A DNA stretch of 64,000 nt, from positions 4,492 to 68,491 of the forward strand of contig JAGCVZ010000002.1 of the NCBI GenBank assembly GCA_017962125.1, read 5' to 3'. Below are positions 9,601 to 18,787 of this stretch, piece by piece. The notes under the pieces are model-generated. The model searched no databases. It was not told where the DNA came from and was given only the letters and a program-made list of their open reading frames with translations. Position 1 is the stretch's first letter; every line of letters begins with the position of its first letter. The translations under genes were made by a program, and so were the position numbers. This stretch comes from Alphaproteobacteria bacterium (GTDB taxonomy: Bacteria > Pseudomonadota > Alphaproteobacteria > Rs-D84).

Positions 9601-10560
9601 ATGTGTAGAAAGTTTTTTGTTTTTATGTTTTTCCTAGTTTTTTGCGCACGCGCTGGGGCAGAGGTTTACGATTTGGAAAACGCTTTGCGTGCGACATATA
9701 ACAACTGTGTTGGAATAGAAGATTCTTTACGTGACATGAAAGTTATGGCGGGCGTAAATACTGCAATTACTGGTGTTGGGACAGGGTTGGGAATAGGGGC
9801 TGTTGTGGCTGGTGTTGAAAAAAAGAAAGTTGATGCAGAAATAGAAGAAAAATTTAATACTTTGGAAAAACTCGCTTATGGGGCATCTTCTGATGTTGAT
9901 ACAATAGACGAGGAAGAATGGTTGAAAGTTTTTGAACAAAATAATGAAAGTGCCGGTAATTTTAAATCATCAGAGCCAAACGATAATAAAAATAAAACAC
10001 AAGAAATACGTAGTTTAACAGAAAAGAGTAAAAAACTTGGAAAATGGCGTACTGGGTTACTAGCGGGAAATACCGCGACAAATATAGCGGGGGCGGTTAT
10101 ATCTGGCGCAAACAAAGTTGACTTGAGTTTGTCGGAACAAATACAAAATTGTAAATTAGCGGTGCAAAATTTACAAAAATCTATAGCACAAGCAGAACTT
10201 GATGATGTTGATGTTTCTGAGGGTTTGAAAATAGCCGATGCGTGTAAAGGTTTTTTATATATTGATGATAATTCTATAGCAAAAATCAATAATCGCGCAA
10301 AAGGAGGAATGGTTTCATCTGTGGTTGGGGTGGGAACTGGAGTCGTTGGAGTAATAACTAGTGCGCTTGCAAATTCAGATAAAATCAGGCGTGATAATAG
10401 TCAAAAAGATAAAGAGAAAAATTTGAATACGGCGGCAAATGTTCTTGCAACCGGAAGTAGTGTGGCTAGCGCAACAGCCACAGTGTTTAATGCTACACAA
10501 ATAAAAGCGATAAAAGATATTTATGTGGTTGCGGAACATTGTACGGAGGCATTGAGATGA
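9601..10560 (+). CDS. Secreted glycine-zipper-like hypothetical protein
   Basis: Signal peptide; several Gly/Ala/Val-rich hydrophobic segments between helical stretches. Confidence 0.7.
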   Translation: MCRKFFVFMFFLVFCARAGAEVYDLENALRATYNNCVGIEDSLRDMKVMAGVNTAITGVGTGLGIGAVVAGVEKKKVDAEIEEKFNTLEKLAYGASSDVDTIDEEEWLKVFEQNNESAGNFKSSEPNDNKNKTQEIRSLTEKSKKLGKWRTGLLAGNTATNIAGAVISGANKVDLSLSEQIQNCKLAVQNLQKSIAQAELDDVDVSEGLKIADACKGFLYIDDNSIAKINNRAKGGMVSSVVGVGTGVVGVITSALANSDKIRRDNSQKDKEKNLNTAANVLATGSSVASATATVFNATQIKAIKDIYVVAEHCTEALR

Positions 10561-11420
10561 AAGGCTTTCGTTTGATTTTGTTGTTGGTAATAATGTGGAC
10601 TGGTGCTGGTTTTTGTGGTGATGGAAATCATGAAAATGCTCTGATATACATAGAACCGGCGGTCGCAAGGATTGTGATTGAACGATATTTTGCACATATG
10701 GCGTCGGAATATTCTTTGTTTTGTGAAAGTGAATTAAGTGATGGTGCAATTTTAAAAAATGTTATTGATGCATATAACAATATGTTGGGCGACACGGGTG
10801 GATATGTATCTGTGAGTGGCGTAAATAATGTATGTGATGTTGCATTTAAAGATTTGGAACCAAAAGGTATTGATGGTCTTATGATGTTAAAAACAAAGCG
10901 AAGAATTGTGTGCCTTGATTTTGTTAAAGATTTAGTTGCGACTGAAATAGGTGAAAAAGATTGTCAGTATTCAATAAAAAAAGTTAGTGGCTCTCAGATG
11001 CGCATTAGATACACAGATAAAGAAAAAGGTGGTGGATTTATTCGCAAGGGTGGGACGATTGCGTGGCGTTTTTTTAATCCTGGGGCATTGCGTGATAGTC
11101 CGTATAGATGTGTGTTGATAAATACTAAACCCGGCGGAAAATACGCAGCGTTTGATAGTTATGAAAAGGGGAGGTTCGCAATTCGTTGGTTGTTGGAAAA
11201 CGCAGAAAAATACAATGGCAAAACACCGCGAGAGGCCATACCAATGTACGCACCAAAGTTTGAAAATAATACCAAAAAGTATATAAGGGATCTTATAATT
11301 CTTGGTGTTGATGTTGATAAAAAAATGTCTGAACTTAGCGAATATGAATGGGAAAAATTTTTGGATGCTATTGAGCAGATTGAAGGCTGGAATGACCAAG
11401 GGGTCATAGAAGAAATTTAA
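10557..11420 (+). CDS. Secreted protein with C-terminal phage-like putative peptidoglycan hydrolase/virion domain
   Basis: RFFNPGALR...YAAFDSYEKG..AIRWLL...YAPKFENNT..Y...AIEQIEG resembles the RNNNPGN/WAP..ENNT family. Confidence 0.55.
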   Translation: MKGFRLILLLVIMWTGAGFCGDGNHENALIYIEPAVARIVIERYFAHMASEYSLFCESELSDGAILKNVIDAYNNMLGDTGGYVSVSGVNNVCDVAFKDLEPKGIDGLMMLKTKRRIVCLDFVKDLVATEIGEKDCQYSIKKVSGSQMRIRYTDKEKGGGFIRKGGTIAWRFFNPGALRDSPYRCVLINTKPGGKYAAFDSYEKGRFAIRWLLENAEKYNGKTPREAIPMYAPKFENNTKKYIRDLIILGVDVDKKMSELSEYEWEKFLDAIEQIEGWNDQGVIEEI

Positions 11421-11470
11421 CCCAATTATGGCTATGGTCAAAATTTTTTTAAATGAACAAGATGATTTGT

Positions 11471-13699
11471 TTAATTGTTTTCCATTTGTGCGAGTTCGGC
11501 GCGTTTTTGTTTCAACAAGTCATTCGTTTCTTCTGTCTTTTGTTTTAACCGTTCTATCTCTTGTTCTAACCGTTCTATCTCTTGTTCTAGCAGTTTCCTG
11601 CCGGTGTCATAATCTTTTATTTTGTTATCTTTTGTGCTTTCAGGTGTGTTCGTGTTTTCCATTTCGCGATCTAACAGGTATACATTTGGCGGTGTTTCCA
11701 CAAATAACTTACCTGTTACCGCATCCTTTCTAGCAATACCACGTTCCATAACTTTTACTATTTTGTTTCCAACAATTTGTTTTTTGCAACCTTCAAGAAA
11801 ATGGGAATTAGCAAGTATTCGGCCATATGCTTGTGGATAAATATCAATTTCATACACATCGGGCGATGTCTCTGTTAGTTCAAACACGGTGTCTTCGTAT
11901 GGTGTTGATCTTACCCTACAGAGCCGCCCATTAAGTATACTGTCGGCATATAATTTCTTTTTATCTGTGTCGGTATATGTTGATTCTGGGGTTTGAAACG
12001 CTTCTTGTCTGTCATCGTTTGGGCTTTCTGTTACGTGGGAAAGCTTGGCATCGTCGTCTATGAAATCAGCATATAAAGTGTTATTTGTTGTTTGATTTTT
12101 GTCTGTGGTTGGTTGTGACGTATTGTATATTTTGGATTCCGCCATTTCGCGGGTCAATAGGTGAACATCAGGCGCCTTTTCAACAATCAGTTTGCCCATT
12201 CCGTTATCTTTTGCAATACCGCGTTTAAGAACTTTTACCACTGTTGCGCCGTTCAAAACGGTTGTCGTGCAACCGTCCAGAAAGGACGGATTGGCAAGGA
12301 TTCGTCTGTATGCCGGTTTGTAAATGTCAATTTCGTATGTGCCGGGCGATGTTTCGGTTAGTTCAAAATTAGTATATTCATCTGGTACCGGTTTGGGGCG
12401 ATATAGCTCTCCATCAATTATAGTAATGGAATATAATTTCTTTTTGGTTGTATTGTTAGCCACAGGTTCGGGATTTTGTTGTAATGTTTCCGTTTTTTCT
12501 TCGTCCAATAGATGGACTTTTAATTTTTTTTCTACGATAAATTTACCAAGGGGTGCATCCTCTCTTACCACACCAAATTCTTTGATTTTTACTATATTTC
12601 TGCCAATTACTTGTTTGTCTGTGCCTTGAAGAAAAGCCGCGGGATTACGAAGTATTCGTGGATATGCGGGTTCGTATAAACCAAGTTTATATTTGCCGTC
12701 GGGTTGTTTGGTTAGTGTAAGATTTGTGTCATCATTTGGCTTTTGTGTTACGTGGCTAAGTGTACCATCGTCTATGAAATCGGCATATAAAGTGTTATTT
12801 GTTGTTTGATTTTTGTCTGTGGTTGGTTGTGACGTATTGTATATTTTGGATTCCGCCATTTCGCGGTCAAGATGTATTATAGGTTTGTTTATTATACGAA
12901 GTTTACCATTTGATTCCATTACTGCCTTGCCAGGTTCTTGTATTTCAATGTGGTTTCCACTTCCTTGCCACATTGCACCATCAAGGAACTTTGATGGATT
13001 ACTAAGGATTCTTTGGTATGCTGGTTCATATGGAACGATTTTGTATGTTGTTCCGGATTCTTGTGTCAATACCCAGTTTGTATCACCATTTGGTTCATCT
13101 GTAGGGTTTTGTATTTCACCTTTATATGTTAAATTTGATGCATATATGACCAACGAATTTTTTTCATTTGTTTGTTTAGTTTGTATTGATTCTGAGTGCG
13201 AAAAACTTTTCTGAACTATTTGATTTAACGATTGTGCCAAAGAGTTGTCCATTTCATTAGCAAACAAAAACCTATACCGTGGAGACCATTGCCGCCAAGT
13301 ACCAAAATCACCATTTCCCACTATGTATGTAAATTCGGATAATATATTTGTATTGAACCATGATTTTAAGTCTTGTGCGAATTTTTGTTCGTCCAACAAT
13401 TTGATTCCTGGTTTTACAAAAATTGTTATGGCGGCATAGTTACTACCTGGGCGGGGGGAGCTTGCCTCGTATATTCCTGTATGGACTATTGTGTACGCAA
13501 CGGTACCGCTTGGTAATGTTTCTTTTATAAATTTTTCACCAGGTTTTGACGGGGTCTCCACATATTTTGGGTTGCCTATATGGAATCTGTCATAATAACC
13601 TTGAACTTCTGGGCGGTCGTCGCGTGTGGCGTTTGACTGTTGCCCAAGTGGACAACCATGAACTATCCATGCAAATGGTATCATTGGTTTTTCTGACAT
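11471..13699 (-). CDS. Hypothetical protein with four tandem ~95-aa domains and C-terminal coiled coil
   Basis: Motif Y.PAY.RIL.NP..FL.G occurs four times; EQEIERL repeated at the C-terminus. Confidence 0.85.
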   Translation of the reverse strand: MSEKPMIPFAWIVHGCPLGQQSNATRDDRPEVQGYYDRFHIGNPKYVETPSKPGEKFIKETLPSGTVAYTIVHTGIYEASSPRPGSNYAAITIFVKPGIKLLDEQKFAQDLKSWFNTNILSEFTYIVGNGDFGTWRQWSPRYRFLFANEMDNSLAQSLNQIVQKSFSHSESIQTKQTNEKNSLVIYASNLTYKGEIQNPTDEPNGDTNWVLTQESGTTYKIVPYEPAYQRILSNPSKFLDGAMWQGSGNHIEIQEPGKAVMESNGKLRIINKPIIHLDREMAESKIYNTSQPTTDKNQTTNNTLYADFIDDGTLSHVTQKPNDDTNLTLTKQPDGKYKLGLYEPAYPRILRNPAAFLQGTDKQVIGRNIVKIKEFGVVREDAPLGKFIVEKKLKVHLLDEEKTETLQQNPEPVANNTTKKKLYSITIIDGELYRPKPVPDEYTNFELTETSPGTYEIDIYKPAYRRILANPSFLDGCTTTVLNGATVVKVLKRGIAKDNGMGKLIVEKAPDVHLLTREMAESKIYNTSQPTTDKNQTTNNTLYADFIDDDAKLSHVTESPNDDRQEAFQTPESTYTDTDKKKLYADSILNGRLCRVRSTPYEDTVFELTETSPDVYEIDIYPQAYGRILANSHFLEGCKKQIVGNKIVKVMERGIARKDAVTGKLFVETPPNVYLLDREMENTNTPESTKDNKIKDYDTGRKLLEQEIERLEQEIERLKQKTEETNDLLKQKRAELAQMENN
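12054..12152. repeat. 99-bp intragenic direct repeat, copy 1
   Basis: Matches 12768-12866 with one mismatch. Confidence 0.9.
12768..12866. repeat. 99-bp intragenic direct repeat, copy 2
   Basis: Matches 12054-12152 with one mismatch. Confidence 0.9.
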
Positions 13700-13756
13700 T
13701 ACATTTTCCTTTGTTTTAATCGTTATTATTTTATCAGAAAATGTCTGAAATTAAAA

Positions 13757-14326
13757 TTAAATTCGTTCAGGTTTGTATATAATGTGTTTTTTGTTTACAT
13801 AGTCGCGCAGAACTTTTTCCCCAGATTTAGATTCAATGTTGCCATATACGGTGATGTTTCTGTGTTTGAATTCCTCTATCCAATTTGGTTTAAAACCTTC
13901 GTCAAAGCCAGTTATGTCTTCAACTATATTTGATGGAACGCCGAAATATATTTCTTTGATTCCGGACAACATGATGCCACCCAAACACATTATGCATGGT
14001 TCCGCCGTTACATATAAAGACAGATTGTGTGCTGATAAATCGTAAGTATGCAGTATTTCTTCGGCAGCGTGAATTGCATTCATTTCTGCGTGATTATGAC
14101 TGCATGTGTCTTTTACTACTGTGTTTGCAGTTTTGGCAATTAATTGCCCAGAAGAATCATAAATCGCGGCTAGGAAAGGTCCATAACCACGCGAAATGTA
14201 AGTTGGTAATTCGTTGTATAATTCAGTGATGATTTTTTTTGCATGGGTTAGTTTTGTATCATTGATTTTTTCATTTGTGATAATAGTATTCGAATTTTTG
14301 CGCATCTTGGTTGCTCCTGGTATCAT
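13757..14326 (-). CDS. Zinc-dependent nucleoside/guanine deaminase (CDA family)
   Basis: HAE and EPCIMC zinc motifs, GPF.AAI, GFDEG. Confidence 0.9.
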   Translation of the reverse strand: MIPGATKMRKNSNTIITNEKINDTKLTHAKKIITELYNELPTYISRGYGPFLAAIYDSSGQLIAKTANTVVKDTCSHNHAEMNAIHAAEEILHTYDLSAHNLSLYVTAEPCIMCLGGIMLSGIKEIYFGVPSNIVEDITGFDEGFKPNWIEEFKHRNITVYGNIESKSGEKVLRDYVNKKHIIYKPERI

Positions 14327-14473
14327 TTGTTTATATTATACAATTTGTTACAATAATAAACAAGTTGATTGTCGGATGATATGGCGCAACATGATGCAAG
14401 TCACGGGCTGATTTTAGAGATTGGACGAGAAATGGATAAATGCAAAAAATAAATTTAATTTGTCAAATTTAAA

Positions 14474-14767
14474 CTAATAGTGTTTTCTTTTACGCTTTTT
14501 GTGTTTTTGATAATATATAGTAAGCATCAAAACAAATATCAAAAAACAAATATCCAAAGACACAATAAATATCAGTCCTAATTCTGGTGTTTCCAGCAAT
14601 ATATACGCCATATAACATAAATCTGCGGCAATCCATGTGAACCAGTACCCTAAACTTAAATCGTCTGCAGATTTTGTTTTTAATAATTTAACAATTTGTG
14701 GCATATAAGCAACGAATTCTAGTACGGTGTAAACAGAAAGAAAAATTAAAGATATTGTCGTTTTCAT
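14474..14767 (-). CDS. PQ-loop / SemiSWEET-type small transporter (cassette cargo)
   Basis: YMPQIVKLLKTKSADDLS PQ-loop motif, three TM helices. Confidence 0.85.
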   Translation of the reverse strand: MKTTISLIFLSVYTVLEFVAYMPQIVKLLKTKSADDLSLGYWFTWIAADLCYMAYILLETPELGLIFIVSLDICFLIFVLMLTIYYQKHKKRKRKHY

Positions 14768-14831
14768 AATACAAATTATATCACAAAAACCACGAAAGTT
14801 GTAAAAAATTACTATTTTTTAAAACAAAAGA

Positions 14832-14855
14832 AAACTTGCCACGATTGGCAAGTTT
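14832..14855 (-). terminator. Junction hairpin AAACTTGCCA-CGAT-TGGCAAGTTT
   Basis: Perfect 10-bp stem with T-rich tail on the minus strand. Confidence 0.7.
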
Positions 14856-14861
14856 GGAAAC

Positions 14862-14887
14862 TGTGGTTGTGGGGTGCTGGCAAAACG
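14862..14887 (+). repeat. 26-bp inverted repeat, left of SSS transporter gene
   Basis: TGTGGTTGTGGGGTGCTGGCAAAACG, exact reverse complement of 16282-16307. Confidence 0.95.
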
Positions 14888-14903
14888 CGAGTTGAAATAG
14901 ATA

Positions 14904-14932
14904 TTGACCCCTAATACTGGTTTGTATAAAAT
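14904..14932 (+). promoter_or_regulatory. Sigma70-like promoter of SSS gene
   Basis: TTGACC-N17-TAAAAT followed by GAGGGG RBS. Confidence 0.55.
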
Positions 14933-14953
14933 TTACTCAAGAGGGGAATATAT

Positions 14954-16279
14954 ATGTTTGTGTTCTTTGTTTGTTATTTAATAATTTTGCTGGCTATTGC
15001 ATTATATGTATCAAGGAAACAGTCAATAAAAGGTTATTTATTAAATAATCGTAAAACATCAACATTTTTATTAACTTTGTCCAATGTTGCGACTTATATC
15101 GGTGCAGGTGCCACGGTTTTTGTGGTGTCTGAAATGGCACGCGGAAACTTTTTATCTTGTTTGGGGTTGGCGTTGGGAATTCCAATGTCTTTTGTCTTGT
15201 TTGGTCTTATTTCTGGAAAAATTAGAAAATGCGGAACGGATTTTAATGCGACAACAATATCTGATTTTTTCAACATAAAGTTTGGGCGACCAAATAGAAT
15301 ATTAATGTCAATTTTGCAACTGATTTATATTGCTTCTGTTATAGGAATTCAGGTTGTTGGTGTGTCATGGTTGGTTGCGCATATGTTAAATGTATCGTAT
15401 TTGTTAGCGGTTGTTTTAGTGTTTGGTGTATCAACTATTTATTCTGCTATTGGGGGATTAAAGGCGGACCTTATTACCGATGCAATACAATTTTTCATCA
15501 TAGCATTATTATTCGTTGGTTTGGGATTTTTTATACAGATATCGCCAAATTTTGGAACAGATATTATAGCGGCGTTCAGTGATATGTTTGTTTTATTTAA
15601 TAATAGCATGATTTTACCGTTTGTTCTTATATTTTTGGTTTTGTCTGTGCATTTAATTACGCAGCCAACGAATTGGCAACTTGCTTTATCAGCACAAGAT
15701 GAACATAGTATAAAAAAGTCTTGTTGGTGGTCTGCGGGGATTACTTTTGTTATTCAAATGATGGTTTTGTTCTTTGGGGTATATGCTTTTGGTACTATGG
15801 CGAATTTAAGTAATCACGACCTTGCGTTTTTTCAACTGATACAAAACACTATGCCAAAGTGGTTGGCTGGTTTAGGGTTTACAGGGTTATTGGCTATGTC
15901 AATGTCTACTTTAGATTCTGCATTTATCGCTGCATCTGCAATTATTACAGGTGAATTTAGAAATATAAAGAAAACAGGAACTGTCAGGTTGTTTACTTTA
16001 TTGTTTGGTTTGTTTGTATTCACTTTGGTTATGGTGTTTCCGTCGATAGCAACACTTGGATATTTTAGTGTTACTTGGGGGCTGATACCGTTGCCAGCAG
16101 TTTTGATTGGTATATACGGTAAAAAAACATCTGGTAAAACGATATTTTTATCTGTGTTGATACCTATGATTGTGACATTGATAGTTTATCCAATTATTGG
16201 ATTTTTGTCGGTATGTTTTATTCCGTTATTATCTGTGCTTATAATTTTTATAGGTAATAGATACATAAAACAGAAATAA
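14954..16279 (+). CDS. Sodium:solute symporter (SSS family) (cassette cargo)
   Basis: About 12-13 TM helices, ATYIGAG, GGLKADLITDAIQ, AMSMSTLDS. Confidence 0.88.
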   Translation: MFVFFVCYLIILLAIALYVSRKQSIKGYLLNNRKTSTFLLTLSNVATYIGAGATVFVVSEMARGNFLSCLGLALGIPMSFVLFGLISGKIRKCGTDFNATTISDFFNIKFGRPNRILMSILQLIYIASVIGIQVVGVSWLVAHMLNVSYLLAVVLVFGVSTIYSAIGGLKADLITDAIQFFIIALLFVGLGFFIQISPNFGTDIIAAFSDMFVLFNNSMILPFVLIFLVLSVHLITQPTNWQLALSAQDEHSIKKSCWWSAGITFVIQMMVLFFGVYAFGTMANLSNHDLAFFQLIQNTMPKWLAGLGFTGLLAMSMSTLDSAFIAASAIITGEFRNIKKTGTVRLFTLLFGLFVFTLVMVFPSIATLGYFSVTWGLIPLPAVLIGIYGKKTSGKTIFLSVLIPMIVTLIVYPIIGFLSVCFIPLLSVLIIFIGNRYIKQK

Positions 16280-16281
16280 TT

Positions 16282-16307
16282 CGTTTTGCCAGCACCCCAC
16301 AACCACA
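16282..16307 (-). repeat. 26-bp inverted repeat, right of SSS transporter gene
   Basis: CGTTTTGCCAGCACCCCACAACCACA, starting 3 bp after the stop codon. Confidence 0.95.
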
Positions 16308-16391
16308 TTGAACAGTAATGTTGAGCGGGGTAAGTTGTTATTGTAAATTCAAGCTTTTTACCAGTTCAAATGTTTTTGGCGATTTATTGAT

Positions 16392-16443
16392 AGTTCGAAA
16401 GTGTAGAAAATAACATATTTTTTCATAAATAAACTTTCGAACT
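16392..16443. repeat. att-like palindrome AGTTCGAAAGT-N30-ACTTTCGAACT
   Basis: Perfect 11-bp inverted arms; homologous to 16992, 17696 and 18788. Confidence 0.9.
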
Positions 16444-16468
16444 TACCAAAAACTTGTGTTCCAAACAA

Positions 16469-16490
16469 AAAATGCCCCGGCGGGCATTTT
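16469..16490 (-). terminator. Junction hairpin AAAATGCCC-CGGC-GGGCATTTT
   Basis: Perfect stem with T tract, 9 bp before the TGGTTG core. Confidence 0.75.
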
Positions 16491-16618
16491 GTTAACTGTG
16501 GTTGTGCTGTCTGTGCAATTCGCGAACCGAATTGTTAGAAATTGGACGAGAAATTGATGAGAAAAAAGATAAATTGAACCTATCAAATTTACATTAAAAA
16601 CATTATCAACGCGATTCT

Positions 16619-16948
16619 TTATCGTTTAGATTCTATCAACTCGTTTCGAACAACTCTTGTTTTATGCATCCTGTCTCTATGGTCAATCACGACTGTTGAA
16701 CCTTTTTCATAAAATTCTTGATATTTTTTTAATATGTTTTCAATATTACCATTTTCAATTAAATAGTGAACATCAGCGTCATACTTTATGTCGAGCGGGG
16801 AAGTAAAAAGACATACTTTTACATACCATTTCACCGCCGCAATTTCTTGATCAGTCAATGTGCGCCCCTGTCCCTTATTTTCTATACGCTTCAGCAATGA
16901 ATCTTCTACTTCTTTTGTGGCGTTTTGTAATTTTTTCTTAGCAACCAT
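16619..16948 (-). CDS. Hypothetical protein (cassette cargo)
   Basis: AAGGG RBS; 109-aa ORF between two junctions. Confidence 0.6.
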   Translation of the reverse strand: MVAKKKLQNATKEVEDSLLKRIENKGQGRTLTDQEIAAVKWYVKVCLFTSPLDIKYDADVHYLIENGNIENILKKYQEFYEKGSTVVIDHRDRMHKTRVVRNELIESKR

Positions 16949-16991
16949 AGTTTACCCTTTTTATTGTTTATGCGTACATTGTATCATAAAA

Positions 16992-17041
16992 AGTTCGAGA
17001 ATCAAAAAAATAGCACTTTTTCAAAACTAAACTTTCGAACT
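16992..17041. repeat. att-like palindrome (degenerate left arm)
   Basis: AGTTCGAGAAT-N28-ACTTTCGAACT. Confidence 0.8.
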
Positions 17042-17218
17042 CGGTGAAAGTATTTGAAACCAAACAAAATCCCGCCCTGAAACGAACGGTTGTTTATCTT
17101 GGTTATGCAGTGTGTGCAGTTCCCGAGCCGAATTATTAGAAATAGGGCAAGAGATTGATAGAGTGAAAGAAATCTCTAATCATAACAAATAAAAACGGAC
17201 AATTTGCCCGTTTTTACA

Positions 17219-17566
17219 TTATTTGTTTCTTGACATCAACTTTCTAGCCATATATCGTTTACCCCCCTCTTCACCAAATACAGTATATAACTTGTCTCTC
17301 AACTTTAACTCGCTTGACTTATATTTTTTAAACGCATCGGCCAATCTCTCATCATTAAATAAAGCATAACTTGGGCATTTTTTATTTCCGCATACATCAA
17401 ATTCCCCTTTATAGTATGGGCATACTATTTTGCCTATACCTAATATGCATAATGGTGCAAAATCAGGAGCAGAGTGGTAGTTTATTTTGGTTGTATGTTT
17501 TTTTGCCCACTGAAATTTTTTATACCGCCAATTTGTTTGTAACGTTAAACCGATAATAGTTCTCAT
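17219..17566 (-). CDS. Hypothetical Cys-containing protein (cassette cargo)
   Basis: AAGGAG RBS; 115 aa; hairpin terminator at about 17191-17216. Confidence 0.6.
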   Translation of the reverse strand: MRTIIGLTLQTNWRYKKFQWAKKHTTKINYHSAPDFAPLCILGIGKIVCPYYKGEFDVCGNKKCPSYALFNDERLADAFKKYKSSELKLRDKLYTVFGEEGGKRYMARKLMSRNK

Positions 17567-17694
17567 GTTTATACTCCTTATTGTTTACACTGTCACTTTA
17601 TTAACGATATATTATACTAATAATTATATCTGTCAACAAAAAATTTTAAAAACTATTTTTCCAATTTTTATGCAAGCATTAAAAATTTAATAAA

Positions 17695-17747
17695 GAGTTC
17701 GAAAGTTCAAAAAATTTGATATTTTCTGAGGACTAACTTTCGAACTC
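17695..17747. repeat. att-like palindrome
   Basis: GAGTTCGAAAGTT-N27-AACTTTCGAACTC, perfect 13-bp arms. Confidence 0.9.
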
Positions 17748-17804
17748 GGTGAAACACTTGCTTTTCTAACAAAAAACCGCCCTTATGGACGGTCTTGTAA
17801 ATCT

Positions 17805-17827
17805 TGGTTGTGGGATGCTGGCGATAC
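17805..17827 (+). repeat. 23-bp inverted repeat, left of methyltransferase gene
   Basis: TGGTTGTGGGATGCTGGCGATAC, exact reverse complement of 18679-18701. Confidence 0.95.
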
Positions 17828-17873
17828 GCGAGTTTTTGTGTTATAATAGTCAAAGATAAGAAAAAGGGATAAC

Positions 17874-18668
17874 ATGACAGTCAATAAACACAAAGATATT
17901 ATTATAAATAATTACACTGACTATGATGAAGATTCTCGTTTGGTTAAAGACCGTGCACATAACATGGAATATTTAACAACTATGCGTTATATTCAAAAGT
18001 TTTTGAAACCAGGGGCGAAGATACTTGAAATTGGTGCAGCAACAGGAAGGTATTCCGTCACTTTAGCAAAGATGGGTTATAATGTTACTGCTGTTGATTT
18101 GACTCCGAGATATGTTGAAATAATGAAGCGCAAATCACGCAGATTAAAAAACTTTCAATGCATGGTTGCTGATGCACTGGATTTAAGTATGTTTAAAGAT
18201 AATTCTTTTGATTTGGTTTTGAATTTTGGACCAATGTATCATTTGTTTAATCAAAAAGATAAAAATCAAGCAATCAAAGAAACTATTCGTGTAGCCAAGA
18301 AAAATGGTGTCTGTATGTTTGCATATATATCAAATGCATGTTTTATGACAGATTATGGTTTAAGACACGATAAGGTTGAATATTTGTGTTCTGTAATGGA
18401 TGATTTTGGAAAAATTCGTGATATTCCAGAAGAGATTTTTGCAACTTTTTATATAGAAAATTTCAAAAAACTTTTTATAAAAACAAAAACCAAATATATA
18501 ACGAATATAGCAACAGATGGAATTGCACCAGCTATGCGCGAATGGGTTAATCAATTGTCTAAAAAAGCGTTTGAAAAATTTTTACATTGGCATTTTATAA
18601 CATGTGAAAGGTTGGACCAACAAGGATATAGTAATCATCTGTTGTATATCTGCAAAAAATTAAAGTAA
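17874..18668 (+). CDS. Class I SAM-dependent methyltransferase (cassette cargo)
   Basis: ILEIGAATGRY, VTAVDL, ADALDLS, FGPMYHL. Confidence 0.92.
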   Translation: MTVNKHKDIIINNYTDYDEDSRLVKDRAHNMEYLTTMRYIQKFLKPGAKILEIGAATGRYSVTLAKMGYNVTAVDLTPRYVEIMKRKSRRLKNFQCMVADALDLSMFKDNSFDLVLNFGPMYHLFNQKDKNQAIKETIRVAKKNGVCMFAYISNACFMTDYGLRHDKVEYLCSVMDDFGKIRDIPEEIFATFYIENFKKLFIKTKTKYITNIATDGIAPAMREWVNQLSKKAFEKFLHWHFITCERLDQQGYSNHLLYICKKLK

Positions 18669-18678
18669 AATTTAAGTT

Positions 18679-18701
18679 GTATCGCCAGCATCCCACAACC
18701 A
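18679..18701 (-). repeat. 23-bp inverted repeat, right of methyltransferase gene
   Basis: GTATCGCCAGCATCCCACAACCA. Confidence 0.95.
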
Positions 18702-18787
18702 TAGTTAACAAAAGGACCGGTTAGAGCAGCTTTTCATTAGTTTTATAGGATTGTTGCTTGTTCGAATGTTTTTATAGTGTTATAAGC

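Noticed and set aside
11421-14379. Repeat-protein and deaminase genes as further cassettes of the array
   Set aside because: They look accessory, but I could not find the palindrome/hairpin/core junction around them; they may be older, eroded units.
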